Below are positions 18,429 to 28,435 of a DNA stretch of 62,181 bases, piece after piece. The stretch spans positions 1 to 62,181 of the forward strand of contig JANYAP010000017.1 of the NCBI GenBank assembly GCA_025361285.1, written 5' to 3'. Below the pieces are notes generated by a model, which made no database searches, was not told where the DNA came from, and saw only the letters and a list, made by a program, of their open reading frames with translations. Made by a program: the position numbers and the translations under genes. This DNA comes from Bacteroidales bacterium (lineage in GTDB: Bacteria > Bacteroidota > Bacteroidia > Bacteroidales > JAAUTT01). Position 1 is the first letter of the stretch; each line of letters opens with the position of its first letter.

Positions 18429-19964
18429 CCACGAACTGTTTTCTTCGTAATCGACTACTATACTGGCACTTTGCGTATAGCAATAATCGCTTACCAAATT
18501 TGTAATTTCCTGCTTTAACATAGCAATTGCACCCTCAATTAAATCGGCTCTGAACCCTTTATCGCCCATCTTAATAACAAAATCCATCGAAACTACTCTA
18601 CTAACAAGCCTTCCAAGTTCAACCGTTTTACGCTGCGATAATTGTGCATCTATGTCAAAATCAATAATATTTTTTAAATGATCCGCCGCCTGATTGGCTA
18701 AATAATGCCCTTTAAGAAACAGGTATAAACTCTTTTCTTTCGATGCTTTTATAAGTTTTAAAACCGATTCCGAAATTTGTGCATAAAGAATATCGTTCGA
18801 CCCCTCGAAAATTTGAAACGGACGACTATCTACAATGGCGCGGCCTGCAATATGGTTTAACTTATAACTAATTGCACCAACTAACTGAACGAGCGATTGG
18901 GCTGTGTCCTGCATTAAATCGGACGACACACTTTTTATTATGTTTGCCTCAAGCCCCAAAGGTGTTAAATCGTTCTCGATATCAGCCCATTCGCTTCCTT
19001 TAGCACATAGCGCCGAGCAAATAGTATAACTAGCCTGCAGCCTTGCCAAACGCTGCTGAACCTGATCGTAGGTTAATAGCGACCGTCCGCCAACAAAACG
19101 CTGTTTGCAGTGTGCAATAGCCTCATCTAAAATACGTTGAATGAAACCCATTGCCATGCCAGGAAACTGCATTCGGCTTCGATGCAAAAGATCGAGCATC
19201 ATTTGAATACCAGTAGTATGTGGTTCAAGTTGTTGATTTTTAGGGATCTTTACATCAATTTTATTTCTACCATAAGGGATTTGATAAAGCCCAAGATTCT
19301 CGAAATATTCCTCTACCACAATTTTCTGATTTGCATTGTTATTATCGCAAATAAAAAATTGAATATCGCGCTGTAAACCACCATGAGCGGCTTGTTTACG
19401 GGCTGTAAGTAACCAAAAATCGGCTTGACCGGTAAGCCCAGCCCAATGTTTTGTTCCACGTAAGTGAAAATACTTATCGTGCTCAACTACCGATGTTTGC
19501 ATATTAAGTGCGTCGCTACCAAAACCTGGTTCGGTAATCATTAATCCGCCCATATTTTTATGATTGAGAAACCGTCCAAACACTTCATCTTTAACACTTT
19601 TCTGTCCGTATTTGGCAACTGGTTGTAAAAATAGAGCACTATTTATTCCAAAAGTTAACGACAATGCCAACGATTCGTACGATGCTGCCGAACATAAGGC
19701 TAAATTCTCGCGTATCCGTCCGCCTCGTCCACCGTATTCTTTGGGAATATTAACCGATAGAGGATTACAATCCATAATTTTATCTAAAACACCATCGGGC
19801 CAACCTCTATTTATGCTAAACTGATCAATATCAGCACTTTCGTGAAAAAGAGTTTTTAATGTAGTTCTAAAATTGCTTAGAAACAATTCGAATGAGATTG
19901 ATTGATTCGTTGGATTACTTAGCAAAGGAAAGTCGTTATAAGCTTCTAATTGTGTTACTTGCAT
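18408..19964 (-). CDS. acyl-CoA dehydrogenase family protein (long, 518 aa form)
   Basis: GGLMITEPGFGSDALNMQTS is the ACAD middle-domain motif. C-terminal helical domain with FEGSNDILY. Its 3' end overlaps vapC convergently by 21 nt. Confidence 0.85.
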   Translation of the reverse strand: MQVTQLEAYNDFPLLSNPTNQSISFELFLSNFRTTLKTLFHESADIDQFSINRGWPDGVLDKIMDCNPLSVNIPKEYGGRGGRIRENLALCSAASYESLALSLTFGINSALFLQPVAKYGQKSVKDEVFGRFLNHKNMGGLMITEPGFGSDALNMQTSVVEHDKYFHLRGTKHWAGLTGQADFWLLTARKQAAHGGLQRDIQFFICDNNNANQKIVVEEYFENLGLYQIPYGRNKIDVKIPKNQQLEPHTTGIQMMLDLLHRSRMQFPGMAMGFIQRILDEAIAHCKQRFVGGRSLLTYDQVQQRLARLQASYTICSALCAKGSEWADIENDLTPLGLEANIIKSVSSDLMQDTAQSLVQLVGAISYKLNHIAGRAIVDSRPFQIFEGSNDILYAQISESVLKLIKASKEKSLYLFLKGHYLANQAADHLKNIIDFDIDAQLSQRKTVELGRLVSRVVSMDFVIKMGDKGFRADLIEGAIAMLKQEITNLVSDYCYTQSASIVVDYEENSSWLSLGRV

Positions 19965-20173
19965 TGTTTTTCTTTGATGGTTAGATACTTGTTTTTCTTA
20001 TCAAGCATTTATAACACTTTCTTGTGTTAAATGTTTTCGACTGATTAATAAAAATTCACTAAATCGATTGCCAAAATCCATTCGCCGAATTATATATCCA
20101 TTTCGCCGAAAACATATTCGTTAAAAACCTATCGGGTAATATATTTGCCCCTTAATTAATCACTTAAAAAATT

Positions 20174-20710
20174 ATGAAAACGAATATGAGCCTATTCTGG
20201 GGGTTGTTGTTAATCCTAATTGGATTGAGCCTGATAATAAAAATAGTTTTCAAGATCGATTTCCCTATCTTTAAAATTATATTTGCTTTTCTGTTTATCT
20301 ATCTGGGTATAAAAATACTTATAGGTCGCGATTTCAGTCTTTTTCACAACGACGACAACGGACAAACCACAGTGTTTAGACAAAAAACATTTTCGACGTT
20401 AGAAGATGGAAAAGAGTACAGCATTATTTTTGGAAGTGGAAAACTCGATTTGCGAAATATATCACTTCCAGATAGTCAAGTAGTTCGTTGCGAGATTAAC
20501 ACCATTTTTGGAGGAACTGAAATTATCTTAAATCCCGCAATGGATGTGCAGATAGAGGCAAATACCGCCTTTGCTGGAACAAAAATGCCCGATGGAAATT
20601 GTTCGGCGTTTGGTACAATTAATTACAGCAACGATTCGTTGAGCGGTGGCAAGTCGAAATTAGTTCTCGAAACCAATACGGTATTTGGTGGGTTGCATAT
20701 AAAGAGATAG
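20174..20710 (+). CDS. LiaF-like membrane protein (cell wall-active antibiotic response C-terminal domain)
   Basis: Two N-terminal TM helices, then beta-rich repeats ...INTIFGGTEI...ANTAFAGTKM...TNTVFGGLHI. Confidence 0.6.
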   Translation: MKTNMSLFWGLLLILIGLSLIIKIVFKIDFPIFKIIFAFLFIYLGIKILIGRDFSLFHNDDNGQTTVFRQKTFSTLEDGKEYSIIFGSGKLDLRNISLPDSQVVRCEINTIFGGTEIILNPAMDVQIEANTAFAGTKMPDGNCSAFGTINYSNDSLSGGKSKLVLETNTVFGGLHIKR

Positions 20711-20851
20711 GTAAAATGCCCTAATTAGCGTCTATCCACCAAGTAAAAATTGCCACAGATTCACAGATTGTATTATTTTTAATCCACATTGCAGCCTAAT
20801 AGTTATATAAGCTCGAGCCGTCCAAAATTGATGATCTGCTTATGAATGCCT

Positions 20852-21124
20852 CTACCCAAACGATAACTCTCGCATCTTCAGAATAATTTTTGATTCTGGC
20901 AAATTCCAAAATTCATTTCCCAGTATTTCGGTATTGAAAAGTATATAAATCGCCTCCGATAAATCGATCCCATTAGCCTTATCGCTACACCACTCGTGCG
21001 GAACGTTCGGTCCAATCATTACAATATCGCCTAGAGCATAAGGCTCAACCGAATCGCCAACGTAACGAGTTCCAGTCCATTGCAAAACAAGCAAAATGTC
21101 CACCTCAGAGTGATAGTGGCGCAT
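20852..21124 (-). pseudogene. AraC-family regulator remnant (cupin sensor half only; no HTH half)
   Basis: HYHSEVDILLV..G.G..YVGD...GDIVMIGPNVPHEW is the AraC N-terminal cupin pattern. In-frame similarity (SFHINNQKVDYFPS) continues upstream of the Met without a start codon. The ORF stops after about 90 aa with no helix-turn-helix domain. Confidence 0.35.
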
Positions 21125-21326
21125 AGAAGGAAAATAATCTACCTTTTGGTTATTTATATGAAATGAATGATTTATGTTCGCCTCAATCTTTTCGATATTT
21201 GGTAAAATATCAATTTTGTGTTATTTTTAAATGCAAAACTATCATATTAAACTAGTATAAATGAATAAATTTGACTCAAAAAAAAGTTCATAGTGACATT
21301 AATTTTTATAAATTAAAAACTCAATT

Positions 21327-22409
21327 ATGGCTAAGAAAAACTACTTAACAACAAAAATTACCGATATCAAAAAGCCTGCGTACCCAGCTATCGATGCGCA
21401 TAATCATTTATGGGGAAACTGGCAAGTGGAACGAGTGCTTAAAACTATGGAAGAAGTAGGTGTAATAAGCTATTGCGACCTTACTGGTAATGTACATATC
21501 GAATTTTCGGGCGGTGGTTACACAATAACACCAGGCAAAATGTCGGATTTTGTTGATAATTGCTCAAAAAAATATCCAGGTAAGTTTTACTGTTTTACCA
21601 TGTCGGAACTGGCACAGCCAACAACTAAGCCTCTTTTTACCGATCATAAACGTTTTGTTGCCGAATGTATCGAAACGCTCAATAAACATCACGAACAAGG
21701 CGCAAAAGGACTGAAAATACTTAAAGAACTTGGTTTGCACTACCGCGATGGCTCGGGCAAACTAATTGCTTGTAACGACGGACGGTTAGCACCTATTTGG
21801 GAAGAAGCGGGCCGCCTTAAAATGCCAGTATTAATACATCAGGCCGATCCGGCAGGGTTTTTCGAACCCACTACCCCAGAGAATGAGCACTACGACTCGC
21901 TAGTTAAATACCCTTCGTGGCAATTTTCCGATCCCAAATTCCCCCGCAAAATTGAATTGCTGAAACAGCGCGACGACCTTGTACGACAATATCCAAACAC
22001 TACATTTATGTTGCCGCATTTTGCAAATTATGCCGAAAACATAGGCTACGTTTCTAATTTACTCGACGAATGCCCGAATGCTTTTATTGATTTTTCGGCC
22101 CGAATGGATGAGCTTGGGCGTCAACCATATAGCACACGCGAGTTTTTCATTAAACACCAAGATCGTATATACTTCGGAACCGATATGCCCGCTAATATTG
22201 ACAGCTCGGTTGAAATGTACCGTACCTACTTCCGTTTTTTGGAAACCTACGACGAATCGTTCTACGCTCCTGATTACGATGGTACATTCGACAGAGCTCG
22301 ATGGCCGATATGCGGAATAGGGCTTCCTAAAGATGTACTTAAAAAAATATATTTCGAAAATATTCTGAAAATTATTCCGTCCATAAATCATATTTTGAAA
22401 ATTAAATAA
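21327..22409 (+). CDS. amidohydrolase-2 (TIM-barrel metal hydrolase) family protein
   Basis: IDAHNHLWGNW (HxH metal motif) ... VLIHQADP ... FMLPHFANY ... YFGTD. Confidence 0.75.
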   Translation: MAKKNYLTTKITDIKKPAYPAIDAHNHLWGNWQVERVLKTMEEVGVISYCDLTGNVHIEFSGGGYTITPGKMSDFVDNCSKKYPGKFYCFTMSELAQPTTKPLFTDHKRFVAECIETLNKHHEQGAKGLKILKELGLHYRDGSGKLIACNDGRLAPIWEEAGRLKMPVLIHQADPAGFFEPTTPENEHYDSLVKYPSWQFSDPKFPRKIELLKQRDDLVRQYPNTTFMLPHFANYAENIGYVSNLLDECPNAFIDFSARMDELGRQPYSTREFFIKHQDRIYFGTDMPANIDSSVEMYRTYFRFLETYDESFYAPDYDGTFDRARWPICGIGLPKDVLKKIYFENILKIIPSINHILKIK

Positions 22410-22417
22410 TTGATTAT

Positions 22418-23527
22418 ATGAGTAATACAGTACAATTAGTTCAAGAACAGGATCGCATTTTGTCGGTCGATTTCTTTCGAGGTTTTACCATGCTGCTACT
22501 TGTTGGAGAGTTTTCCGAACTTTTCACGTCGTTAATCGATCCAGCTTTTAAAGGTACAGCAATCTACTTTATTGGCAATCAGCTTCATCACCAAGCATGG
22601 AGCGGATTACACTTTTGGGATCTTATACAACCATTTTTCATGTTTATTGTAGGGGTAGCAATGCCGTTTTCATTCAATAAGCGTTGGGATAAGGGCGAAA
22701 GCTGGAATAAATCGTTATATCATGTAGTTAAACGCTCCCTCCTACTCCTTTTTATTGGCTGGGCATTATATTGCATTGAACCTGGTACTATAACATTTCA
22801 TTTTACAAATGTGTTAGCGCAATTATCAGTTACTTACCTTATTGCATTTTTAATAATGCGAAAAGCAATTAAATGGCAATTACTAGTTTCGTTTGCACTT
22901 ATTCTCGCTACCGATTTGCTTTACCGATTTTGGACGGTCGATGGGTTTAATCAGGCATTCACTCCTGGAAAAAACTTCGGAACATGGTTCGATATGGCAG
23001 TTCAAGGTAGTTTAAATGGCGATAATTGGGTAGCTTTTAATGCCATACCAACCGCAGCTCATACTATATGGGGAGTACTAGTTGGGATGATTTTATTAAA
23101 CGGATGGAGTAAACCCAAAAAAGTTAAAATTCTTTTATTAATTGGCGTTAGTGCTGTTATTATAGGCTTCGCTTTAAGTGCCTATATACCAATAATTAAG
23201 CGTATATGCACAAGTTCGTTTATTATTGTTAGCGGCGGATGGGCAATAATTGGCATGGCAGTTTCGTACTGGTTAATTGATGTGCTGATGGTTCGGAAAT
23301 CGTTATTAATCTTCACGGTTGTGGGTATGAACCCCTTATTCATATACTTATTTGCACATATTGGAGGAAATCGTTTATTAGAGGGCGTTTTTATTCCGTT
23401 TACTACCGCACTTTTTAGTTGGAACGGAATGCTTACCGTACACATTGCCACCTCTTTAATGGTTTGGTTTTCACTATGGTATGTATGCTATTTTCTTTAT
23501 AAACGTAAAATATTTATCAAATTATAG
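22418..23527 (+). CDS. polytopic membrane acyltransferase-like protein (DUF5009 / heparan-alpha-glucosaminide N-acetyltransferase-like)
   Basis: RILSVDFFRGFTMLLLV opening motif, followed by about 10 TM helices. Confidence 0.6.
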   Translation: MSNTVQLVQEQDRILSVDFFRGFTMLLLVGEFSELFTSLIDPAFKGTAIYFIGNQLHHQAWSGLHFWDLIQPFFMFIVGVAMPFSFNKRWDKGESWNKSLYHVVKRSLLLLFIGWALYCIEPGTITFHFTNVLAQLSVTYLIAFLIMRKAIKWQLLVSFALILATDLLYRFWTVDGFNQAFTPGKNFGTWFDMAVQGSLNGDNWVAFNAIPTAAHTIWGVLVGMILLNGWSKPKKVKILLLIGVSAVIIGFALSAYIPIIKRICTSSFIIVSGGWAIIGMAVSYWLIDVLMVRKSLLIFTVVGMNPLFIYLFAHIGGNRLLEGVFIPFTTALFSWNGMLTVHIATSLMVWFSLWYVCYFLYKRKIFIKL

Positions 23528-23673
23528 GTATAATTTACAAACAACTAATTTATTATTATGACATATTAATTTTTAACGCACTAATTTTCAGCTATAACAT
23601 ATAGGCTCTTGGTTCTTGAATTCTTGGTTCTTGCATTCTATATATTGTGAAATTTAACTTAAACATACGCGCT

Positions 23674-24750
23674 ATGATACGAGTAATTAGACTTTCAATA
23701 TTGTTTTTTCTTCTATGTTCCTGCAATAATAGTCCAAAATATTATTCAGCATCCGATTTTGATAAAGTGCCGAAAGTGGATTCGCATTTTCACTACGACA
23801 CTAATGATAGTAGTTTTATGAAATATGCTATCTCATTGAATTTCAAGCTTGTTTCACCAATGGTAGATGCTGGTATGCCAATTAATGACCAGTTCGGTAT
23901 AGCACGTAATATTAAGATGGCTTATCCTGATAAATTTGCTTTTCTAGGAACTTTTTCCGTCGATTCATTCAACACTATCGATTTTACTGAGAAAACTATT
24001 AACCATATAGATATGTGCGTAAAGGCCGGAGCATCGGGCATTAAGATTTGGAAAAATATAGGTATGGATATTAAGGATACTGATGGCAAGTTAGTTATGG
24101 CCTATAATCCTAAATTTACGCCTGTATTTCAATATCTTGAAACGAATAAAATTCCTTTACTTGCTCATCTTGGGGAGCCTAAAAATTGTTGGCTTCCTTT
24201 GGAAAAGATGACTCTTGATAATGACGTAAGATATTTCAAAGAAAATCCGAAATATCACATGTGCTTGCACCCAGAAGCACCTTCGTATGAAGACCAAATA
24301 AATGCGCGTGATAGTATTTTGAAAAAATATCCTAATATTAATTTTATAGGCGCCCATTTAGGAAGTATGGAATGGAGTGTAGATATGGTTGCTCAATATT
24401 TCGAAAGCTTCCCGTCGTTCAATGTTGACATGGCCGCACGAATTGGTCATTTGCAATATCAATCCAGTATAGACCGAGAAAAAGTCCGGGATTTCATGAT
24501 CAAATATCAAGATCGAATATTGTATGCAACAGATATTGTTTTAATCGAAACCAAAAGCAATAAGGATTTCGAAGATTTTGAAAAAACTACAACACGAACT
24601 TGGTTCAATCAATGGCTTTATTTAGCAACCGACACCATTATAGCAGTTGATGATTTGGGAGGCAAAAAGGTTAAAGGCTTAAAGCTACCTAGTGCCGTAA
24701 TTGATAAAATATACTATAAAAACGCTCAAAAAATCTATTTTAATAACTAG
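23674..24750 (+). CDS. amidohydrolase-2 family lipoprotein
   Basis: Lipobox LLCSC-NN. VDSHFHYD metal motif ... LLAHLGEP ... FIGAHLGS ... LYATD. ATG 23674 is preferred over GTG 23647. Confidence 0.7.
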   Translation: MIRVIRLSILFFLLCSCNNSPKYYSASDFDKVPKVDSHFHYDTNDSSFMKYAISLNFKLVSPMVDAGMPINDQFGIARNIKMAYPDKFAFLGTFSVDSFNTIDFTEKTINHIDMCVKAGASGIKIWKNIGMDIKDTDGKLVMAYNPKFTPVFQYLETNKIPLLAHLGEPKNCWLPLEKMTLDNDVRYFKENPKYHMCLHPEAPSYEDQINARDSILKKYPNINFIGAHLGSMEWSVDMVAQYFESFPSFNVDMAARIGHLQYQSSIDREKVRDFMIKYQDRILYATDIVLIETKSNKDFEDFEKTTTRTWFNQWLYLATDTIIAVDDLGGKKVKGLKLPSAVIDKIYYKNAQKIYFNN

Positions 24751-24756
24751 AAGAAC

Positions 24757-27700
24757 ATGATTAAAGCAAAAGTTGGATTTATTGTTTACCGTGGGCATAA
24801 CTACGGGCATTTAAACCCAATACAAACAACAATTCTTACCATTTGCAAACAAGTAGCCATTACTTGTTTTTTTATATTTTATGCTTTAGCTGCAATTGCT
24901 CAAACTCAAAATGCTACTGTAAAGGAATATAAGCAAACTTTTACAACCTATCCTTATTCCGACCCTAATCCAATACCAACATTATCATCACTTTATCCAT
25001 ATTTCAGGTACGATGGTTTTACAAATAAATCCATTCAAAAAGCATGGAAAATAGTTGAGTTGGAAAACGATTTCATAAAAGTATTGATTACGCCTGAGCT
25101 AGGTGGTAAAATATGGACTGCTATCGAAAAGAGTACTAATCAGCCATTTATATATTATAATCATGTTGTAAAGTTTCGCGATATCGCATTGCGCGGACCC
25201 TATACCAGTGGCGGGCTGGAGCTTAATTACGGCATTATTGGTCATACCCCTAATTGCAATACCCCCGTCGATTATATTACACAAACAAATGCCGATGGCA
25301 GCGTAAGTTGCATTGTGGGTGTTCTCGACTTGTTAACCAGAACTAATTGGCGACTTGAAATACGACTTGAAAAGGATAAGGCATACTTTATTACCCGATC
25401 GTTTTGGTATAATTCAACGCCAATTGGGCAACCATACTACCATTGGCTTAATGGAGGGTACAAAGCCGAGGGTAATCTCGAATTTATATTTCCAGGTACT
25501 CATTATATTGGGCACGATGGCGAAAAATTCGATTGGCCAATTAACAAAACCAATGGCAAAAATATCTCGTTCTACGAATCGAACAATTTCGGAGGCTATA
25601 AATCGTACCACGTATTAGGAAAATACACAAATTTCTTTGGTGGTTACTGGCACAACGATGATTTTGGTATAGCTCGCTACGGCGCACGTAACGACAAAGC
25701 AGGTAAAAAAATATGGATTTGGGGTTTATCACGCCAAGGAATGATTTGGGATAAATTGCTTACCGATAACGATGGGCAATACGTTGAAATGCAGTCGGGT
25801 AGATTGTTTAACCAAAACAGCCCAATATCAACACGTACTCCGTTTAAACACATCAGTTTTGCACCTTATTCAACCGACGTTTGGACCGAATATTTTTATC
25901 CGGTAATGCGCACAAAAGGGTTTGTTGAGGCTAATGAATACGGCGCATTAAACGTTAAAAATAGTAACGGGTATTTAAAACTATATTTTTCGCCTGCTCA
26001 AAATATAAACGATATAATTGAAGTAACCGAAAATAATAAAGTTATTTATAGCCACAAGCTTCAATTATCGCCTTTAAAAACGTTTGCCGATTCAATTAAA
26101 TACCAAAGCAACGGCGAAAACTTAACTGTAACTATTGGAGGTAACAAACTGGTATATAATTCCAATCCCGAAGCTACAGTTTTAAGTCGACCTACTGATG
26201 CACCAAACAGTTTTAACTGGAATAGCGCATACGGCTTAAACATACTGGGGAAAGATGCTATGGATCAGAAAATGTACCCCTTAGCCGAAGAGAAATTAAA
26301 GGCTTCGTTGAAAGCAGACTCTAACTATTTACCCACGCTTGTAAAACTTGCCGAATTGCATTATCGTAATATGCTTTACACTAAGGCTTTAGAAACGACT
26401 AAAAAAGCTTTAAGCATTGACACTCAGGATGGTGCAGCCAATTATTATTATGGGTTGGCAAATATTGCATTAAATAACATTGTAGATGCAAAAGACGGTT
26501 TCGAAATTGCTACCCTTTCCTCCGAATACCGCAGTGCTGCCTATACCCAATTAAGCAAAATATACCTTAAGGAAAGGAGTTTCGAAAAGGCGTTAGGCTA
26601 TACCGAAAGGGCTTTAGACTACAATCGTTTCAATATCGAAGCTTTGCAGTTACAAGCGGTTATATATCGGAGCATGAGCAATTTAAACAAAGCAACGGAG
26701 GCGTTAACAACAATATTATCATTCGATGCTTTGAACCATTTTGCTAGGTTTGAGCAATATTTGATTAATCCCGACGAGGCAAATAAAACTCACTTTACAT
26801 CGTTAATTAGAAATGAGTTGCAAAGCGAAACATATATTGAGTTAGCAATATGGTATTACAGTGCAGGATGTTTGAACGAAGCAGAAAAAGTCTTTTCCTT
26901 TTCACCGCAAACGCCCGAAGTAAATTACTGGCTTTGTTTCTTTCAAAATAAAAAGGTAAACTGTGACGACATTAACCCCACCTACTCTTTTCCATTTCGC
27001 TCCGAAACTGGTTTTGTTCTCGAACAATTGCTTACCCAGCAAAATGATTGGCTTCTAAAGTACCAGCTTGCACTTATTTATAACGACCGCAATAGGGTTG
27101 AGGAAAGTATAAAATTGCTCATTTCGTGCGGTAATTCCCCTAATTTTGCTCCATTCTATGCTTTCAGAGCTAATATTCTTGAACGCCAAAACGATTCTAT
27201 TTATGAAAGTGATTTGAAAAAAGCATTGTCGCTCGACAACCATTGGCGTTATCAACAACTTTTGGCAAAATACTATATAAGACATAAGCATTTCGACAAA
27301 GCAGTAGCAATAACCGAAGCATTTTATCGAAGCAATGCTAATAATCTTTCAATGAGCTTGTTACATGCCAAAAACTTAATGCTAAATAAAAAGTATAAAG
27401 AAGCCGATGAATTGCTTACAAAATTTGATGTTGTACCTAACGAAGGTGCAACCGAAGGCCGTGAGTTATATCGCGAGGCTAAGCTTATGCAGGCTGTTCA
27501 ATTAATACACAAGAAAAACTATTCAACAGCCTTAAAATTTATTAACCAAGCCAAACTTTGGCCCGAAAACCTAGGCGCAGGAAAACCTTACGACGAAGAT
27601 ATTGACTTGCGGCTAGAAGAATGGATGAGTTATTTATGTAATAAACAACTCAATAAAGCCAAAGAAGCCGATGAATTGCTTAACAAAATTGTTAAGTTTC

Positions 27701-27957
27701 AACCGAGTATCGAAAATGGTTTTCGTAATTATCAATCGGCTAACGCATTAATAACCGCATGGGCATTTGAAAAATTGAATAGACGTGACGATGCATCTAA
27801 GTGGCTCGATTTACAAATACTTAATTTTCCGAAAGACGATATTTTAGTTTGGGTTAAGTCGGTATTTGAAAAATTACCAAGTATTGATATTCCTGAAAAA
27901 GTTTGGGATGAAAATATCCGCATTATCGAAGCATTATCATTACAAGTGATTAAATAA
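24757..27957 (+). CDS. large secreted protein: N-terminal DUF5107-like (mutarotase-like) domain plus long TPR region
   Basis: 1066 aa. ELGGKIWTAIEKSTNQPFIYYNHVVKFRDIALRGPYTSGGLELNYG matches my recollection of DUF5107. Residues from about 500 onward are TPR-like helical repeats. Confidence 0.6.
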   Translation: MIKAKVGFIVYRGHNYGHLNPIQTTILTICKQVAITCFFIFYALAAIAQTQNATVKEYKQTFTTYPYSDPNPIPTLSSLYPYFRYDGFTNKSIQKAWKIVELENDFIKVLITPELGGKIWTAIEKSTNQPFIYYNHVVKFRDIALRGPYTSGGLELNYGIIGHTPNCNTPVDYITQTNADGSVSCIVGVLDLLTRTNWRLEIRLEKDKAYFITRSFWYNSTPIGQPYYHWLNGGYKAEGNLEFIFPGTHYIGHDGEKFDWPINKTNGKNISFYESNNFGGYKSYHVLGKYTNFFGGYWHNDDFGIARYGARNDKAGKKIWIWGLSRQGMIWDKLLTDNDGQYVEMQSGRLFNQNSPISTRTPFKHISFAPYSTDVWTEYFYPVMRTKGFVEANEYGALNVKNSNGYLKLYFSPAQNINDIIEVTENNKVIYSHKLQLSPLKTFADSIKYQSNGENLTVTIGGNKLVYNSNPEATVLSRPTDAPNSFNWNSAYGLNILGKDAMDQKMYPLAEEKLKASLKADSNYLPTLVKLAELHYRNMLYTKALETTKKALSIDTQDGAANYYYGLANIALNNIVDAKDGFEIATLSSEYRSAAYTQLSKIYLKERSFEKALGYTERALDYNRFNIEALQLQAVIYRSMSNLNKATEALTTILSFDALNHFARFEQYLINPDEANKTHFTSLIRNELQSETYIELAIWYYSAGCLNEAEKVFSFSPQTPEVNYWLCFFQNKKVNCDDINPTYSFPFRSETGFVLEQLLTQQNDWLLKYQLALIYNDRNRVEESIKLLISCGNSPNFAPFYAFRANILERQNDSIYESDLKKALSLDNHWRYQQLLAKYYIRHKHFDKAVAITEAFYRSNANNLSMSLLHAKNLMLNKKYKEADELLTKFDVVPNEGATEGRELYREAKLMQAVQLIHKKNYSTALKFINQAKLWPENLGAGKPYDEDIDLRLEEWMSYLCNKQLNKAKEADELLNKIVKFQPSIENGFRNYQSANALITAWAFEKLNRRDDASKWLDLQILNFPKDDILVWVKSVFEKLPSIDIPEKVWDENIRIIEALSLQVIK

Positions 27958-27967
27958 ACAAGTTTAT

Positions 27968-28350
27968 ATGTCTCATTATTTAGGTATCTACATTGGCATC
28001 AGTGGCTGTAAAGCTGTAATATTCGACGAAAGCGGTAGGCAAATATCATTGACCTACCGCGAATACAATATTATATCGACACACGCTGGTTGGTCCGTGC
28101 TCGATACCGATGAAGTTATTGAAAATGCTTTCAGGTAATTAAAGAATCGGCATCAAAGCTTCCACCACGTTCAATAGTGAGTATGGGCATATCGAGCCAG
28201 GGCGAAGCCTTTACTATGATTGACAAAAACGGCAAGGCGCTGTGTAATGCGCTGTTTTCGTCCGATATACGTGCTAATGAATTAATTGCGCCTTTTACCG
28301 AAATGTTTGGTGAAGAAAAGCTATACCAAATTACGGGACATGCGCCACAT
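27968..28350 (+). pseudogene. FGGY carbohydrate kinase (xylulokinase-like) remnant: frameshifted and 3'-truncated
   Basis: ATG 27968 gives MSHYLGIYIGISGCKAVIFDESGRQISLTYREYNIISTHAGWSVLDTDEVIENAF, then a stop. Shifting one frame continues QVIKESASKLPPRSIVSMGISSQGEAFTMIDKNGKALCNALFSSDIRANELI...QITGHAP. Similarity then ends, so only about 125 of about 490 aa remain. Confidence 0.7.
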
Positions 28351-28435
28351 TTCATACAAAATTATAGGCAAATTATTGTGTTTACCTTCATTCAACTTTT
28401 CTAACATTTTTATTAACTTCGTAAGCTTATTTGTA

